Virus record (IMG/VR): IMGVR_UViG_3300044630_004692
Coordinates: 410 to 64,409 of that record
DNA: 64,000 bases
Reading direction: 5' to 3' (one strand)
From: a virus
Lineage: Duplodnaviria; Caudoviricetes
In this document: positions 26,142-36,800 of the stretch, piece after piece
Position numbering within the stretch: position 1 is the stretch's first letter
Layout: every line of letters begins with the position of its first letter
Program-made: the position numbers and the translations under genes
Notes under the pieces: generated by a model
What the model saw: the letters and a program-made list of their open reading frames with translations, nothing else
Told to the model about the DNA's origin: nothing
Database searches by the model: none

Positions 26142-29048
26142 ATGAATACTATTACTCCTATAAACAAAAAAGTTTTTACAGAAATTAATAGTATCAGGCT
26201 TATTACAAGAGATTTGTATAAGCAAAAAAAGCTCACATATGTTCTGGAAAAGAAACATGTTGCAAATCAAAAGAAGTTAAATGAGAAAAGAAAACTCTCA
26301 AGAAGAGAAGAAAGTCAAGAAACTTCAAAATCAAATTTAATACCAAATTTTCTAAAGCAACAAAATTTAGAATCTAAATCATTTCAATTATATGATTTAA
26401 TTAAATTTTTAGTACTTTATAAAGCAATTGATTGGATTGCCAATCCTAAAAATTTAGCAGCAGTGCAAAATATGGTGAAGGCTATAGCTGGTATTGCTAA
26501 AGTCATAAACTTTTTTGCTGGAATTGGAGTAGAAGGTGTATTTGGTGGATTGCACAGTATTTTATTTGGAGGAAGTATACTAGAAAGAATATTTGGAATA
26601 TTCAAATTAATGGGTGGAATTTTTATTCTGAGAAGAATATTAAAACCACAAGTATTACTTAAAGACTTAAATTGGATATTCAAGAATAGAAAAGGTATAC
26701 TTGATATATTTAAAAATCTTCGTATTGGAAATTTCAAAAAATCAATCGAGGGAATATTTAAAGTATTCACTCCAAATTTATTCTCTATATTTAAAAAGGG
26801 ATTAGGACTTTCTATTAAACGTGTAGTATTAAAAGTATTTGGTAAAGGAGGTCTGAGATTCATAACTGCAGTAGCATCTAAATTAGGATTTAAAAGTGCA
26901 GAAGCTGCATTAAAAGGTAGTATTCAAGTAGGAGCAAAATCATTAGGAAAATCAATTCCTATTGTTGGTCCAATTATTGGATTGGGTATAAATTTATTAT
27001 TAGGAGACCCATTAGATAAAGCTGTAGTAAAGCTAGCTGCAACTCTTGCTGGACAAGCAATTGGTGGATTGCTGATGGGATTAATTGGCAGTGTTGTTCC
27101 AGTTGCTGGTACTGCAGCAGGAGCAGCAGTTGGCTCTGCAATTGGAGGATTGATAGGAGATTGGTTAGGAGGAGTATTGTATGATGGATTTAAAAATTTA
27201 ATATCTCCAAAAAATGAACCTGCACTTGCTGTTGGTGGAATTGTAACTAGACCTACTAGAGCATTAATTGGTGAAGCTGGTCCAGAGGCTGTAATTCCAT
27301 TGCCACAATTATTCGGTGGAAGCATATTTAATTCTACATTTGGATTAATGGGTGCATCTATTATAGGTGGAGTTGATGCTGTACTAAGTTCTATGGGTTC
27401 TGTTGGTTCATTAGTGAGACCATTTGCAACTCAGTTATTATCTCCTTATGCTAGAGAATTTGGCGTAAAGCAATATGTTTTCAATTCTGATATTGGAAAG
27501 GCTAGTGGTAAAAAGTTAGCCTCAACTGAAGCTTCTGGTGTAGATAGTAAAGAACTTAAAAAAATCATAGGTACAAATACATCACCAAGATTATTAAATT
27601 CAAAAGACTCAAATCCAAGAGCAAGATATAATACTGGAAATAGTTTAATTGCATTACTTGGAGATATTTTTAACAATATAATAAATCTAGATTCTACAAC
27701 TGGAGGCACTGCACCTGGAGGTGGTGGAGTAACTGGGGATACTGGAGACTTGGGAGGAGAGGTTGATTTATCATCTGCAGATGACCAGACATTACTAAAG
27801 CAACTTGCACTTGCTGAAGCAGCAGGTGAAGGTAAACTTGGAATGGCATTAGTTATTAATTCTGTTCTAAATCGAAAAAGAATTTTAGACTCTGGAAAAT
27901 CTCCAAGTTTCTTTGGTGCTAATGACAATACAATTCGTGGAATAATATATGGAGGAAATGGAGCACAATATCAACCAGTTGCAAATGGTTCTATTAATAA
28001 ACAGTGGGGAGAAGGTTCCTTAAAATTAGCACAAGAAGCATTAGAATTAGCAAGAGATAAAGCAAAACTATCTCGTGCATTAGGTGAAGTTGCAAATAAA
28101 CAATATCTACTGGGAGCAACTGGATTTAGAGCTGGGTCTGCATTTGATGACCCATCTCAAAATGTTAATGTTACTAAGTATGGAAATCATTATTTCAATA
28201 CTGCTGGAAATCTAAAAATGAATAGAGGTGGTGTAGTTAATCCAGTGCCATCTCAGAATATTGCTACAAATAAAGGTGGATATGCAGCAGATACTGGTTT
28301 AGATATATTTACTCCTATTGGCTCTAGAATTGTTTCTCCAGTATCTGGTGTAATTGAATATGCAGAGAAAGGTCATGTTAGACAAATGGGGCAGGATGCA
28401 AATCCAAATATGCCAGGAATGCAGGACCAGCATAGTGTAAGAATTAGACTTGACACTCCATTTAAATATGCAGGGAAACAAGTTAATTTCTTTTATGCAA
28501 CTCATCTATATCAACTGAATTCTTCAATTGCGAATAAATCTGGAGTGAGAATAAATGCTGGTGATTTACTCGGACTTTCTGGAGTAGCAAACAATGTTCC
28601 TCACGTTCATGTTGGATTTGTTGGAGATAGAAATCAAACCAGTTTCCTAAATTATCAACAAGTCAGAAGTCTATTAACTGGGGCTCCAGTTCAAGATGCT
28701 GGACAATCTGCTGGTTCTCCAGATGGACCTTCAGGAAATGATTCTCAGCAAGATATGGAAAAGGCTCCAGATTGGGGAAGCATCGCAAAAGAACTTGGGG
28801 ATTTATATAAGTCATTAACTGGAGTGCAAAAATTAGATGCAAATTCAATTTCAACTAATAGTATGAATATGTTGCAATCTAAAAATATTACTCCTGTGGC
28901 ATTTTCTGATACATATATTGTGGGACAAGGCTCTACTACAATAGCAAATGTAAATGTTGTTAATCCATTGACTGAAGTTGATTGGGGAGCAAAATCATTT
29001 TCTAGATTTGACTCATCTTCAAATTACTTAGCACAAAATAGACTATAA
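26142..29048 (+). CDS. tape-measure-like tail protein 2 with SleB/Hydrolase_2 and M23-like domains
   Basis: LALAEAAGEGKLGMALVINSVLNR...YGNHYF; DTGLDI...SPVSG...PHVHVG. Confidence 0.8.
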   Translation: MNTITPINKKVFTEINSIRLITRDLYKQKKLTYVLEKKHVANQKKLNEKRKLSRREESQETSKSNLIPNFLKQQNLESKSFQLYDLIKFLVLYKAIDWIANPKNLAAVQNMVKAIAGIAKVINFFAGIGVEGVFGGLHSILFGGSILERIFGIFKLMGGIFILRRILKPQVLLKDLNWIFKNRKGILDIFKNLRIGNFKKSIEGIFKVFTPNLFSIFKKGLGLSIKRVVLKVFGKGGLRFITAVASKLGFKSAEAALKGSIQVGAKSLGKSIPIVGPIIGLGINLLLGDPLDKAVVKLAATLAGQAIGGLLMGLIGSVVPVAGTAAGAAVGSAIGGLIGDWLGGVLYDGFKNLISPKNEPALAVGGIVTRPTRALIGEAGPEAVIPLPQLFGGSIFNSTFGLMGASIIGGVDAVLSSMGSVGSLVRPFATQLLSPYAREFGVKQYVFNSDIGKASGKKLASTEASGVDSKELKKIIGTNTSPRLLNSKDSNPRARYNTGNSLIALLGDIFNNIINLDSTTGGTAPGGGGVTGDTGDLGGEVDLSSADDQTLLKQLALAEAAGEGKLGMALVINSVLNRKRILDSGKSPSFFGANDNTIRGIIYGGNGAQYQPVANGSINKQWGEGSLKLAQEALELARDKAKLSRALGEVANKQYLLGATGFRAGSAFDDPSQNVNVTKYGNHYFNTAGNLKMNRGGVVNPVPSQNIATNKGGYAADTGLDIFTPIGSRIVSPVSGVIEYAEKGHVRQMGQDANPNMPGMQDQHSVRIRLDTPFKYAGKQVNFFYATHLYQLNSSIANKSGVRINAGDLLGLSGVANNVPHVHVGFVGDRNQTSFLNYQQVRSLLTGAPVQDAGQSAGSPDGPSGNDSQQDMEKAPDWGSIAKELGDLYKSLTGVQKLDANSISTNSMNMLQSKNITPVAFSDTYIVGQGSTTIANVNVVNPLTEVDWGAKSFSRFDSSSNYLAQNRL

Positions 29049-30379
29049 TGCAAAAACAATACGCTGGAGACTTTTCTTTAAAGGAAGTTAAACTTTATCC
29101 AGTCACTTTGGATAATAAAGGAATTTCTGACAAATTTTTTGATATCAAACAATTAGTAAAAGAAATTTCAATTTACGAAAGTATAATTGCAACCAGCTTA
29201 TACTGTCAGCTTGTTGTGACTGATATTGGAGAAAACCTTATTGGGTCTCTTCCATTAATGGGACAAGAAAGAATTCAAATCAATATTTCTACTTCATCCG
29301 AAGAATATGATTTAAATTTTTATATCTATAAAATTGATGGACGAGTGATGGAGGAAAAAAATCAAGCATATGTAATTCATTGTGTAAGTATAGAAGCTTT
29401 ATATAATGAGCAAAATAGAATTTGTGAGAAAATAGATGGAAAAAAATCTCATGAATATATTAAAGAGAAACTATCACTAGCTTCAAATTTTACTAAAAAG
29501 AATATTGATGTTGATGAATCATTATATCCGTTCAACATGTATGTTCCAAATTGGAGATTATTTGACTTATCAATTTGGATGGCAAGAAGAAGTGTATCTA
29601 CAGCATACAAAGATTCAATTGGATATATGTTCTATGAAACTTTAGATGGATATAAATTTAAATCATTGGATAATTTGTTTAATCAAAATCCATATCCAGC
29701 ATCAAACATAAAATATAGTTTTGTCCAAGGAAATACATCTGCAAAAAGAAGTGAATTGAATAATTATAGGATTATAAATTATTCATCACCAAAAGCATTT
29801 GATATATTTGATGATTTGCGTAATGGTGCATTCTGTCATGACTCTGTATATGTAGATATTACAAATAGAACTTACAGAATTTTTTCTACTACAGCAGATG
29901 AATACTGGTCAAACATGAAGCATCTAGATAATTTAAAGCCATATAGAAGTGAAGGACCATGTAAATTACTTGATTATCCTAGCAGATTAATTTATAGACC
30001 AACTACAATAAATACATTTGGATGGAAACAAGTTAATACAACTGAAAAAAATAATATTGACGAAGTAAATAAAAATTTTGAAAAGTCTATTTACAGATAC
30101 TATTTCCTTGAATATAATAAATTGGAAATATCAGTTCCAGGAGATTTAAAACTCAGAGCTGGAAGTGTAATTCAAGTTTCTATTCCATCTCCGAAGAGAA
30201 GTGCAGATGGAAAAGTATTGGAAGATACTAGAATTAGCGGTAAGTATATTGTACACTCTCTGAGGCATACTATTCTAAATAGAACAGAATTAAGAACTGT
30301 AGTTACTCTTACGAGAGATTCTTTCGGAGGAGATACAATTCCAGATGCATCAAAACAAGGAGGTCAAAGAAATCTATGA
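29048..30379 (+). CDS. baseplate hub subunit (gp27-like)
   Basis: ISIYESI...LPLMGQE...YMFYETLDGYKFKSLD...VPGDLKLRAG...SGKYIV. Confidence 0.75.
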   Translation: MQKQYAGDFSLKEVKLYPVTLDNKGISDKFFDIKQLVKEISIYESIIATSLYCQLVVTDIGENLIGSLPLMGQERIQINISTSSEEYDLNFYIYKIDGRVMEEKNQAYVIHCVSIEALYNEQNRICEKIDGKKSHEYIKEKLSLASNFTKKNIDVDESLYPFNMYVPNWRLFDLSIWMARRSVSTAYKDSIGYMFYETLDGYKFKSLDNLFNQNPYPASNIKYSFVQGNTSAKRSELNNYRIINYSSPKAFDIFDDLRNGAFCHDSVYVDITNRTYRIFSTTADEYWSNMKHLDNLKPYRSEGPCKLLDYPSRLIYRPTTINTFGWKQVNTTEKNNIDEVNKNFEKSIYRYYFLEYNKLEISVPGDLKLRAGSVIQVSIPSPKRSADGKVLEDTRISGKYIVHSLRHTILNRTELRTVVTLTRDSFGGDTIPDASKQGGQRNL

Positions 30380-30591
30380 ACAATAAAACTATTGACGAGC
30401 ACATAGAAGACGACGAAAACCAAATAAGCAACCCAGACATTAGTAGTCAACGTCGTCGTCATTTAAAAAACGAACTAGAACAATTGAAAAGATATAAGGA
30501 ATCACATCCAAATTCAACCAAAGACCCATCTAGTTTAGAATTATTCTGCAACGATAATCCAGAAGCTTTAGAGTGTCGTATTTACGATTAA
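30376..30591 (+). CDS. cp12: CP12-family carbon metabolism regulator
   Basis: C-terminal LELFCNDNPEALECRIYD. Confidence 0.88.
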   Translation: MNNKTIDEHIEDDENQISNPDISSQRRRHLKNELEQLKRYKESHPNSTKDPSSLELFCNDNPEALECRIYD

Positions 30592-30599
30592 TATAATTT

Positions 30600-33056
30600 A
30601 TGTCTATCAATCCTACATTACAGAATTCAGCATTTCTTGGAAATCAAGACTTTACTTGGTGGCTTGGAACAGTTGAGAATGACGATGATAAAGATGCTAA
30701 ACTCGGAAGAGTAAGAGTAAAAATTCTGGGGTTTCATAAATCAGATGAAACTCCAGAAAATCTTCCTTGGGCTATTGTTATGCAGCCCACAACTAATGCT
30801 GCTACAAGTGGAGTCGGTAACGGACCTCAGCTAAAAGCTGGAAGTTTTGTTATGGGATTTTTCCTAGATTACCCAGATTGCCAGCAACCAGTTGTAATGG
30901 GTACATTCTATGGAAAAATACAGGCAGATATTAAACCAAAAACACAATCCAGTAGGGATTATGTAGGAGCTGTAAATATTGCAACCAATAAAAAATCAGA
31001 AGCTGGAGAACCTGCAGCAGCCACTAGTACAATTCCAACTTCTTCAAATTCTGGGGCAGGAATTTCTGTAGATGATAGTGTAGCAGCAAAATCACTACCA
31101 GCTTCATTATCAAATCCATCTGGAATTCTTGGGGCAACTTCTATTGCAAATGGAAAGGATGGTCCAGCAGAGACTTTAGTAGAAGATATAAAAAGGTGTG
31201 TAGAATCTCTTGGAAATATATTTAAAACTGGTAAAGTATACCAACCAAATAAAACAAATCCAACTTTATCTGAAGCAATAACTCCAGAACAAAAGAATAT
31301 TCCAGTAACAAATGTAGAGGCTTTTCCACCAAAAGGAAAAATTCAAATAGGAAATGAAATAATCGGATATAACGGTAAGAATGAATATTCTTTAGTATTG
31401 ACTATTCGTGGAATGAATAGTACAAAACCTCTTGCATATCCAAAAGGAACTAAAGTAAAATACATTCCTAAGACTACTACTCCAATTGAAATTGTAGGTA
31501 AATTTACAGACAAGGTAGTTGACTTAGAAGGTGCAGTAGATATGTGCCTCAAGGTAATTAGGAATTTAATTTGGTATATTGTAAATCAACTTAAATCTTG
31601 GCTGATGGCTGAGGTTACAAAATATCTAAACTTAATTGGATTGTCTTCATCAAATCCAATTCCATATTTTGTAAAAATTACTACAGAAGTAATAGTACAA
31701 ATACTAAAGACAATTGGATGCTCATTGGATGAATCTTTAGTAGAAGCTATAATGGGTGGAATTGAAGGATTTATTGAAACTTTTGTATCTCAATTGGCAA
31801 ACCAATTAGTTTCTGAAGCAGAAGAATATATTAGTTTTGCAGAAGAATGTATTAACAACATTTTTGGTTCTATTTTTGAGTTGGTATCTGTTGCCACTCA
31901 GATAGCTGATGCAATAGAAGATATTATTTCTTTAATTGAAGGATTGACTAGTTTTGGCGGAGCACCATTATTTGATTCTAATGGTTATGTAAATGGAGAC
32001 ATGCTTTCAAGTGTTGGTAATGTAGTATCATTTATTTTGAATCTTCTAGGTATTGGTTGTAATAGAACCACTGATTCTCCTTTACAAATAAATTGGAATG
32101 AATGTTCTCCTACAGACAATAACTGCAGTCCATTTAATCTTGTAGTTACTGGAGGTGTTCCTGGAATTTGGAACCCAGAATATTCTAAAATATTTGTTCA
32201 GTCCACAGAAGCTGGACATACAATTTTGATGGATGATACACCATATAATAATAGGTTTGTTATCGAAGCTGGAGGAAGTAGAACTGGATTTGAAGTTTTT
32301 GATAATGGTGATATAAAAGTAACCAATAGTAATAATAAAACTGAAGTTACTTTTGGAAAACAGCAAGTCAGTATAAAAGGAGATGCCTATATTAATGTGA
32401 AAGGAAACTATCACTTACAAGTTGGTGGAGACTATCACTTAGAAGTTAGAGGAAAGTATAGTGTATCTGCTAGCAGAGAAAGTAAATTAACATATTACGG
32501 AGAACATGAAACCATTTATAAAAATGATTCAAAATTAAGTGCCGCAAATGGACTTGCTCTAGCTGCTTCTAAAATCGGATTGAGTGCTTCTGGTCAATTA
32601 GATTTAATTTCTCCAACATTCTCGACATATACTACAGAACAAAATCATTTATGCACTGGTTCATATAATAGGTTTATCATGTATGATAACAAATTTACAG
32701 GATTGAATACTTTTAAAATAATGGGTGGATTTAGAAATGTATTTAGAGCAGGAGTAAATTTTGATTGGGGAGTTGGTTCATCCACAAAACTTCAAGCTGC
32801 TACTGATATAGTTTGGAAAGGAGGATTATATTCTAAAACAATTCTTGGAGCATATAATTCTAACAAACTTTCTATAGATAATGAAAATATCTTTGGTGCA
32901 AAAAATAGAAATAATTTATCTGTAAACTATAGTAACATAATTGGTTTAGATTTAATGTCAAAAGCAGGAGCAACATTTGGAACAAATCAAGGGTTGTTCG
33001 TTCAAATTTCCCAGGCACTTGGCATAAGCAAAAACCCGTTCACTCTACACAGTTGA
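30600..33056 (+). CDS. gp5: baseplate hub/spike gp5-like protein
   Basis: WWLGTVE...LGRVRVKILGFH...LPWA...GFFLD OB-fold; TEAGH...DDTP; beta-helix repeats. Confidence 0.88.
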   Translation: MSINPTLQNSAFLGNQDFTWWLGTVENDDDKDAKLGRVRVKILGFHKSDETPENLPWAIVMQPTTNAATSGVGNGPQLKAGSFVMGFFLDYPDCQQPVVMGTFYGKIQADIKPKTQSSRDYVGAVNIATNKKSEAGEPAAATSTIPTSSNSGAGISVDDSVAAKSLPASLSNPSGILGATSIANGKDGPAETLVEDIKRCVESLGNIFKTGKVYQPNKTNPTLSEAITPEQKNIPVTNVEAFPPKGKIQIGNEIIGYNGKNEYSLVLTIRGMNSTKPLAYPKGTKVKYIPKTTTPIEIVGKFTDKVVDLEGAVDMCLKVIRNLIWYIVNQLKSWLMAEVTKYLNLIGLSSSNPIPYFVKITTEVIVQILKTIGCSLDESLVEAIMGGIEGFIETFVSQLANQLVSEAEEYISFAEECINNIFGSIFELVSVATQIADAIEDIISLIEGLTSFGGAPLFDSNGYVNGDMLSSVGNVVSFILNLLGIGCNRTTDSPLQINWNECSPTDNNCSPFNLVVTGGVPGIWNPEYSKIFVQSTEAGHTILMDDTPYNNRFVIEAGGSRTGFEVFDNGDIKVTNSNNKTEVTFGKQQVSIKGDAYINVKGNYHLQVGGDYHLEVRGKYSVSASRESKLTYYGEHETIYKNDSKLSAANGLALAASKIGLSASGQLDLISPTFSTYTTEQNHLCTGSYNRFIMYDNKFTGLNTFKIMGGFRNVFRAGVNFDWGVGSSTKLQAATDIVWKGGLYSKTILGAYNSNKLSIDNENIFGAKNRNNLSVNYSNIIGLDLMSKAGATFGTNQGLFVQISQALGISKNPFTLHS

Positions 33057-33081
33057 CTTTTGTTCCAATCCATGCTATGAT
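33053..33081 (+). promoter_or_regulatory. sigma70 promoter
   Basis: TTGACT-17-TATGAT with TG extension. Confidence 0.65.
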
Positions 33082-33102
33082 AGTGGGGTCCCGCAAAAAG
33101 CC

Positions 33103-33288
33103 ATGAAAATAACCGACGATTCAGTTCTTGAGAGAGTTGAAATAGATATGTTATCTAGGACTTTTTATCTCCATGGATATGATGGTGAGTTTTTAGAAGT
33201 CCATGAATCATCTGCACTAGGATTTGCAAACATGTGTACGTTTGTAAACAATACTCTTCCTCCAGAGAGAATAACCTACAAGTATTGA
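33103..33288 (+). CDS. hypothetical protein
   Basis: 61-aa ORF after promoter. Confidence 0.75.
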   Translation: MKITDDSVLERVEIDMLSRTFYLHGYDGEFLEVHESSALGFANMCTFVNNTLPPERITYKY

Positions 33289-33313
33289 CAAATCAATTTG
33301 CATGTGCTATTAT
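33285..33313 (+). promoter_or_regulatory. sigma70 promoter for tRNA-Leu
   Basis: TTGACA-17-TATTAT with TG extension. Confidence 0.65.
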
Positions 33314-33363
33314 AAGTATGTTCAAGTGAGATATATACCTTAGAATTATTTCTAAGGTTTTTT

Positions 33364-33447
33364 GGGAGCGTGACGTAATTGGTAGCCGTATCGGACTTAA
33401 AATCCGCTGGTCGTAAGACCGTGGGGGTTCGACTCCCCCCGCTCCTA
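33364..33447 (+). tRNA. tRNA-Leu(TAA)
   Basis: Acceptor GGGAGCG/CGCTCCT+A, anticodon loop CT TAA AA, variable arm GGTC-GTAA-GACC, T-loop TTCGACT. Confidence 0.94.
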
Positions 33448-33484
33448 CTATAATAAATAATCTAACATTTACAAATTAAAAGAA

Positions 33485-33820
33485 TTGAAAAAGTTAGGTA
33501 AGCATTGTGTTGCAGAAGTATATGGTTGCGACCATACTGTTTTAAACAACGAAAAACAATTAACTGAGCTTTTGAAAGAAGCTATTGATGTTGCTGGTGC
33601 AACATTGCTCAGTATTTCTTCCCATAAATTTGACCCCCAAGGAATAACTATAGTAGCATTACTATCAGAAAGTCATATCAGTATTCATACCTGGCCAGAA
33701 GATGGAAATGCTGCATTGGATGTATTTACATGTGGAGATTCTAAGCCAGATATGGCTCTATTGCATTGTATAAATTTTCTAAATCCGTCCGAATATAATA
33801 TGAATTGTTTCGACAGATAG
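33485..33820 (+). CDS. speD: S-adenosylmethionine decarboxylase proenzyme
   Basis: HKFDPQG...LSESHISIHTWPE...DVFTCG; TTG start. Confidence 0.92.
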   Translation: MKKLGKHCVAEVYGCDHTVLNNEKQLTELLKEAIDVAGATLLSISSHKFDPQGITIVALLSESHISIHTWPEDGNAALDVFTCGDSKPDMALLHCINFLNPSEYNMNCFDR

Positions 33821-33832
33821 GGCGTAAAAGTG

Positions 33833-33840
33833 TATAAATA
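33833..33840 (+). promoter_or_regulatory. late promoter
   Basis: TATAAATA. Confidence 0.75.
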
Positions 33841-33883
33841 AGTCATAGGTATTACCGTCAAGATTTTCGGAGACAGTACGAAT

Positions 33884-36800
33884 ATGGCTCTAACGAGAGT
33901 AACTTCCAACGGAATTGCACCAGGCGTAGAAATAAAATTAAAAGATAATACACATGAATTAGAATCTACTGGATTAGCTCCAAGTAGCTATTCGTTTACC
34001 CCAGCATTAAGTTTTGGTACAGTATCTGGTGGAGTTTATACTCACGATTCTAACACTGGTATTTACAGTCCAGGAGCAGATGAGCTTGCATTTGGTACTG
34101 CAGGTTCTGAAAAATTAAGAATCCAAGGTGACGGTAAGATTATTCTATCAAACGGAGCAAGTCTTCCTGTAACTAATCCTAATTTTGATAGCGTAAATGC
34201 TAAAAATTTCATGCTTTACGTCAATCAATCTGACGTAAATGCATCAGATGCTCTGAATAATGACGGTGGTAACTTAAACAGACCATTCAAAACAATTGAA
34301 AGAGCACTTCTTGAAGCAGCTAAGAGAAGTTATATTTCTGGAGAAAATAATGATAGATTTGAGGCATTTACCATCATGGTTATGCCTGGAGATTATGTAA
34401 TTGATAACAGACCAGGCGTACTTACTGCCGCTGAAATTCCAACAATTACTCAGAGTGGAGATACTTTCAGTGGTTGGTCAAACTTTGAAAATGAAATTTG
34501 GAAATTTAACCCAAGAAGTGGTGGTGTTATTGTACCTAGAGGTACTTCTGTTGTTGGTTATGACCTCAGAAAAACTATCATTCGTCCTAAGTATGTTCCA
34601 AAACCAGGAGAATTTGAGACTGGATTAACAATAAATCCAGCTGGAGATGATTTAGGAGGAAGTATTATTAATGATGGTCTATACATTAATAATATCCTTC
34701 AAGATGCCGCTAACATGGTTGAGAAGGCAAAGGAATATATTCAGGACCAAACCAAACTATTCCTATATGCAGAATATTCTACTCTCTATACTTCATTAAG
34801 TTCTTCTGGTAAAATTGATAAGTGTGTAAGAGATTTAGGATATTTTGTTGATGGTCTCGTAAAAGACCTTAGAGAAGGTGGAAATATTAATTCATTTAAT
34901 GTTGGTGAATTTTATACAACTGGTGGAGACAATGATGGAGTAAATGAATTATCAGATAATCAATATCTACTAACTCAAGATGAAAAGGATGCGACCATTG
35001 CTGCATTTAATTATGCAAAAGAAATGGCTATTAAAGCAGCTCATGCATGGTCTGGTACTGCAGCATCCGCTATTTTCTCTCTCACTGATGATGCTGCTGC
35101 TAGTGTAACTTCAGCATCATTTACTTCAGACACTTCAAATTCATACGCATACACTACAATCACAAGTTCTTCAAATGGAACTAACACATTGACAAGTAGT
35201 GTTGATAAACCATCATATAGTGCAAATGTTGATTATTCAGGTTCATTAAATAGCTCTGCTTGTGCTGCAGTAGATGGTGTAATCACAACTCTTGCTGGAA
35301 TTGTAACAGGAATTATTTCAAATCCAGATACTTATACTACCCTGTACAACAGAACTCCTGGTGTAGAAGAGCAAACTGCAATCTTCAAAGTAACTGGTGG
35401 TTGTTACTTCTGGCAGATGACATTCAAGGATGCTGTCGGACAAGGACAAATTTATAAGTCTACTAGCTATACTGGAAATAACCCAACTCACAATCTTGCA
35501 GATAGCAGTGATTTTGAGAATGGAGCACTTAAGTATTCTCATCACAAAGTAGTTGCATTTGCATATGCAAACCAAAGAACTACAGATGGAGAACTAGAAA
35601 CATATTACAAAAAAATTGATAAGTGGGATATCATTTATGATGGAGATTCTGCTTCAACTCAAAGAAGATTTACAAGACCAGAAGAATATACTATTGTTGG
35701 AAATTCTTCTGTAAAAACTGAAATTGATACTGTAAGTTCTTGCTCACCATACGTATTCAACTGCTCACTTCGTTCTACCCGTGGTATGTGCGGAATGCAC
35801 GCAGATGGAAGTAAGGTACAAGCAAACAGCTTCAAGTCAATGGTTGTTGCTCAGTTTACTGGAATTTCTCTACAAAGAGATGAGAACGCTTTCTATCAGC
35901 CAAAAACTTCTGACGGTATTCCAACAAATACAACAAACCCATCAGACGCACCTATCTATACTGACCCAGACGCAGAATATAAACCAGAATATAGACATTA
36001 TCACATTAAAGCATCTAATGCTGCATTCATTCAGATTGTTTCTGTGTTCGCAGTTGGTTATGCTGACCAGTTTATTACTGAGTCTGGTGGAGACATGTCT
36101 ATCACCAACTCAAACTCCAACTTTGGTCATGTTTCACTAAGAGCTGTAGGACATCAAGAGAAGGTATTTGAACCAGCAAATCAAGGAAAAATTACTGCAG
36201 TTATTCCTCCTAGAGGAATTTCCAGAACTACTTCAGATGTAGAATTTTATGGAATTGATTACAAACTAACTTGGCAACTTAACGGTCAAACAAGTAAAAC
36301 ATATAATGAAAATATTAGACAAACATTTATATCTGGTTCACAGCTATTCAAAGTTTACTTAGATATTCCTGGACTAAACACTGAGGATGATATTCCAGAA
36401 TTTATTTTAGAAGTAGAAGATAAGAATCCTTCTGCAACTCAGACTACTGTAAGAAAGAGATTCTTAACTTACGGAAGTAATAATAATTATCTACTATTCA
36501 GAGATTATTATACTGCATCTGGTGTTTGTGATGATTCTTATGCAACAATTTCTGCTACTGTAGAAGATGAGACTGGAGCTTCTCCAACTGAATTCACTGC
36601 AAATATCAATCTTACCAAAACAGATTCTACTTTAAGTGCATCAAACATTGAAAGACAAGGTTATTATTGGGATGAAACAAATAAAAAAATCTACATTGAA
36701 ATAGATGCTTCTACATCACAATCTGATGCATTCTTAACAGGATTTATTTTCAAATATGAGACTGAAGTTCAATTTAGAACTAGTCAAGTTACAAGGTCAG

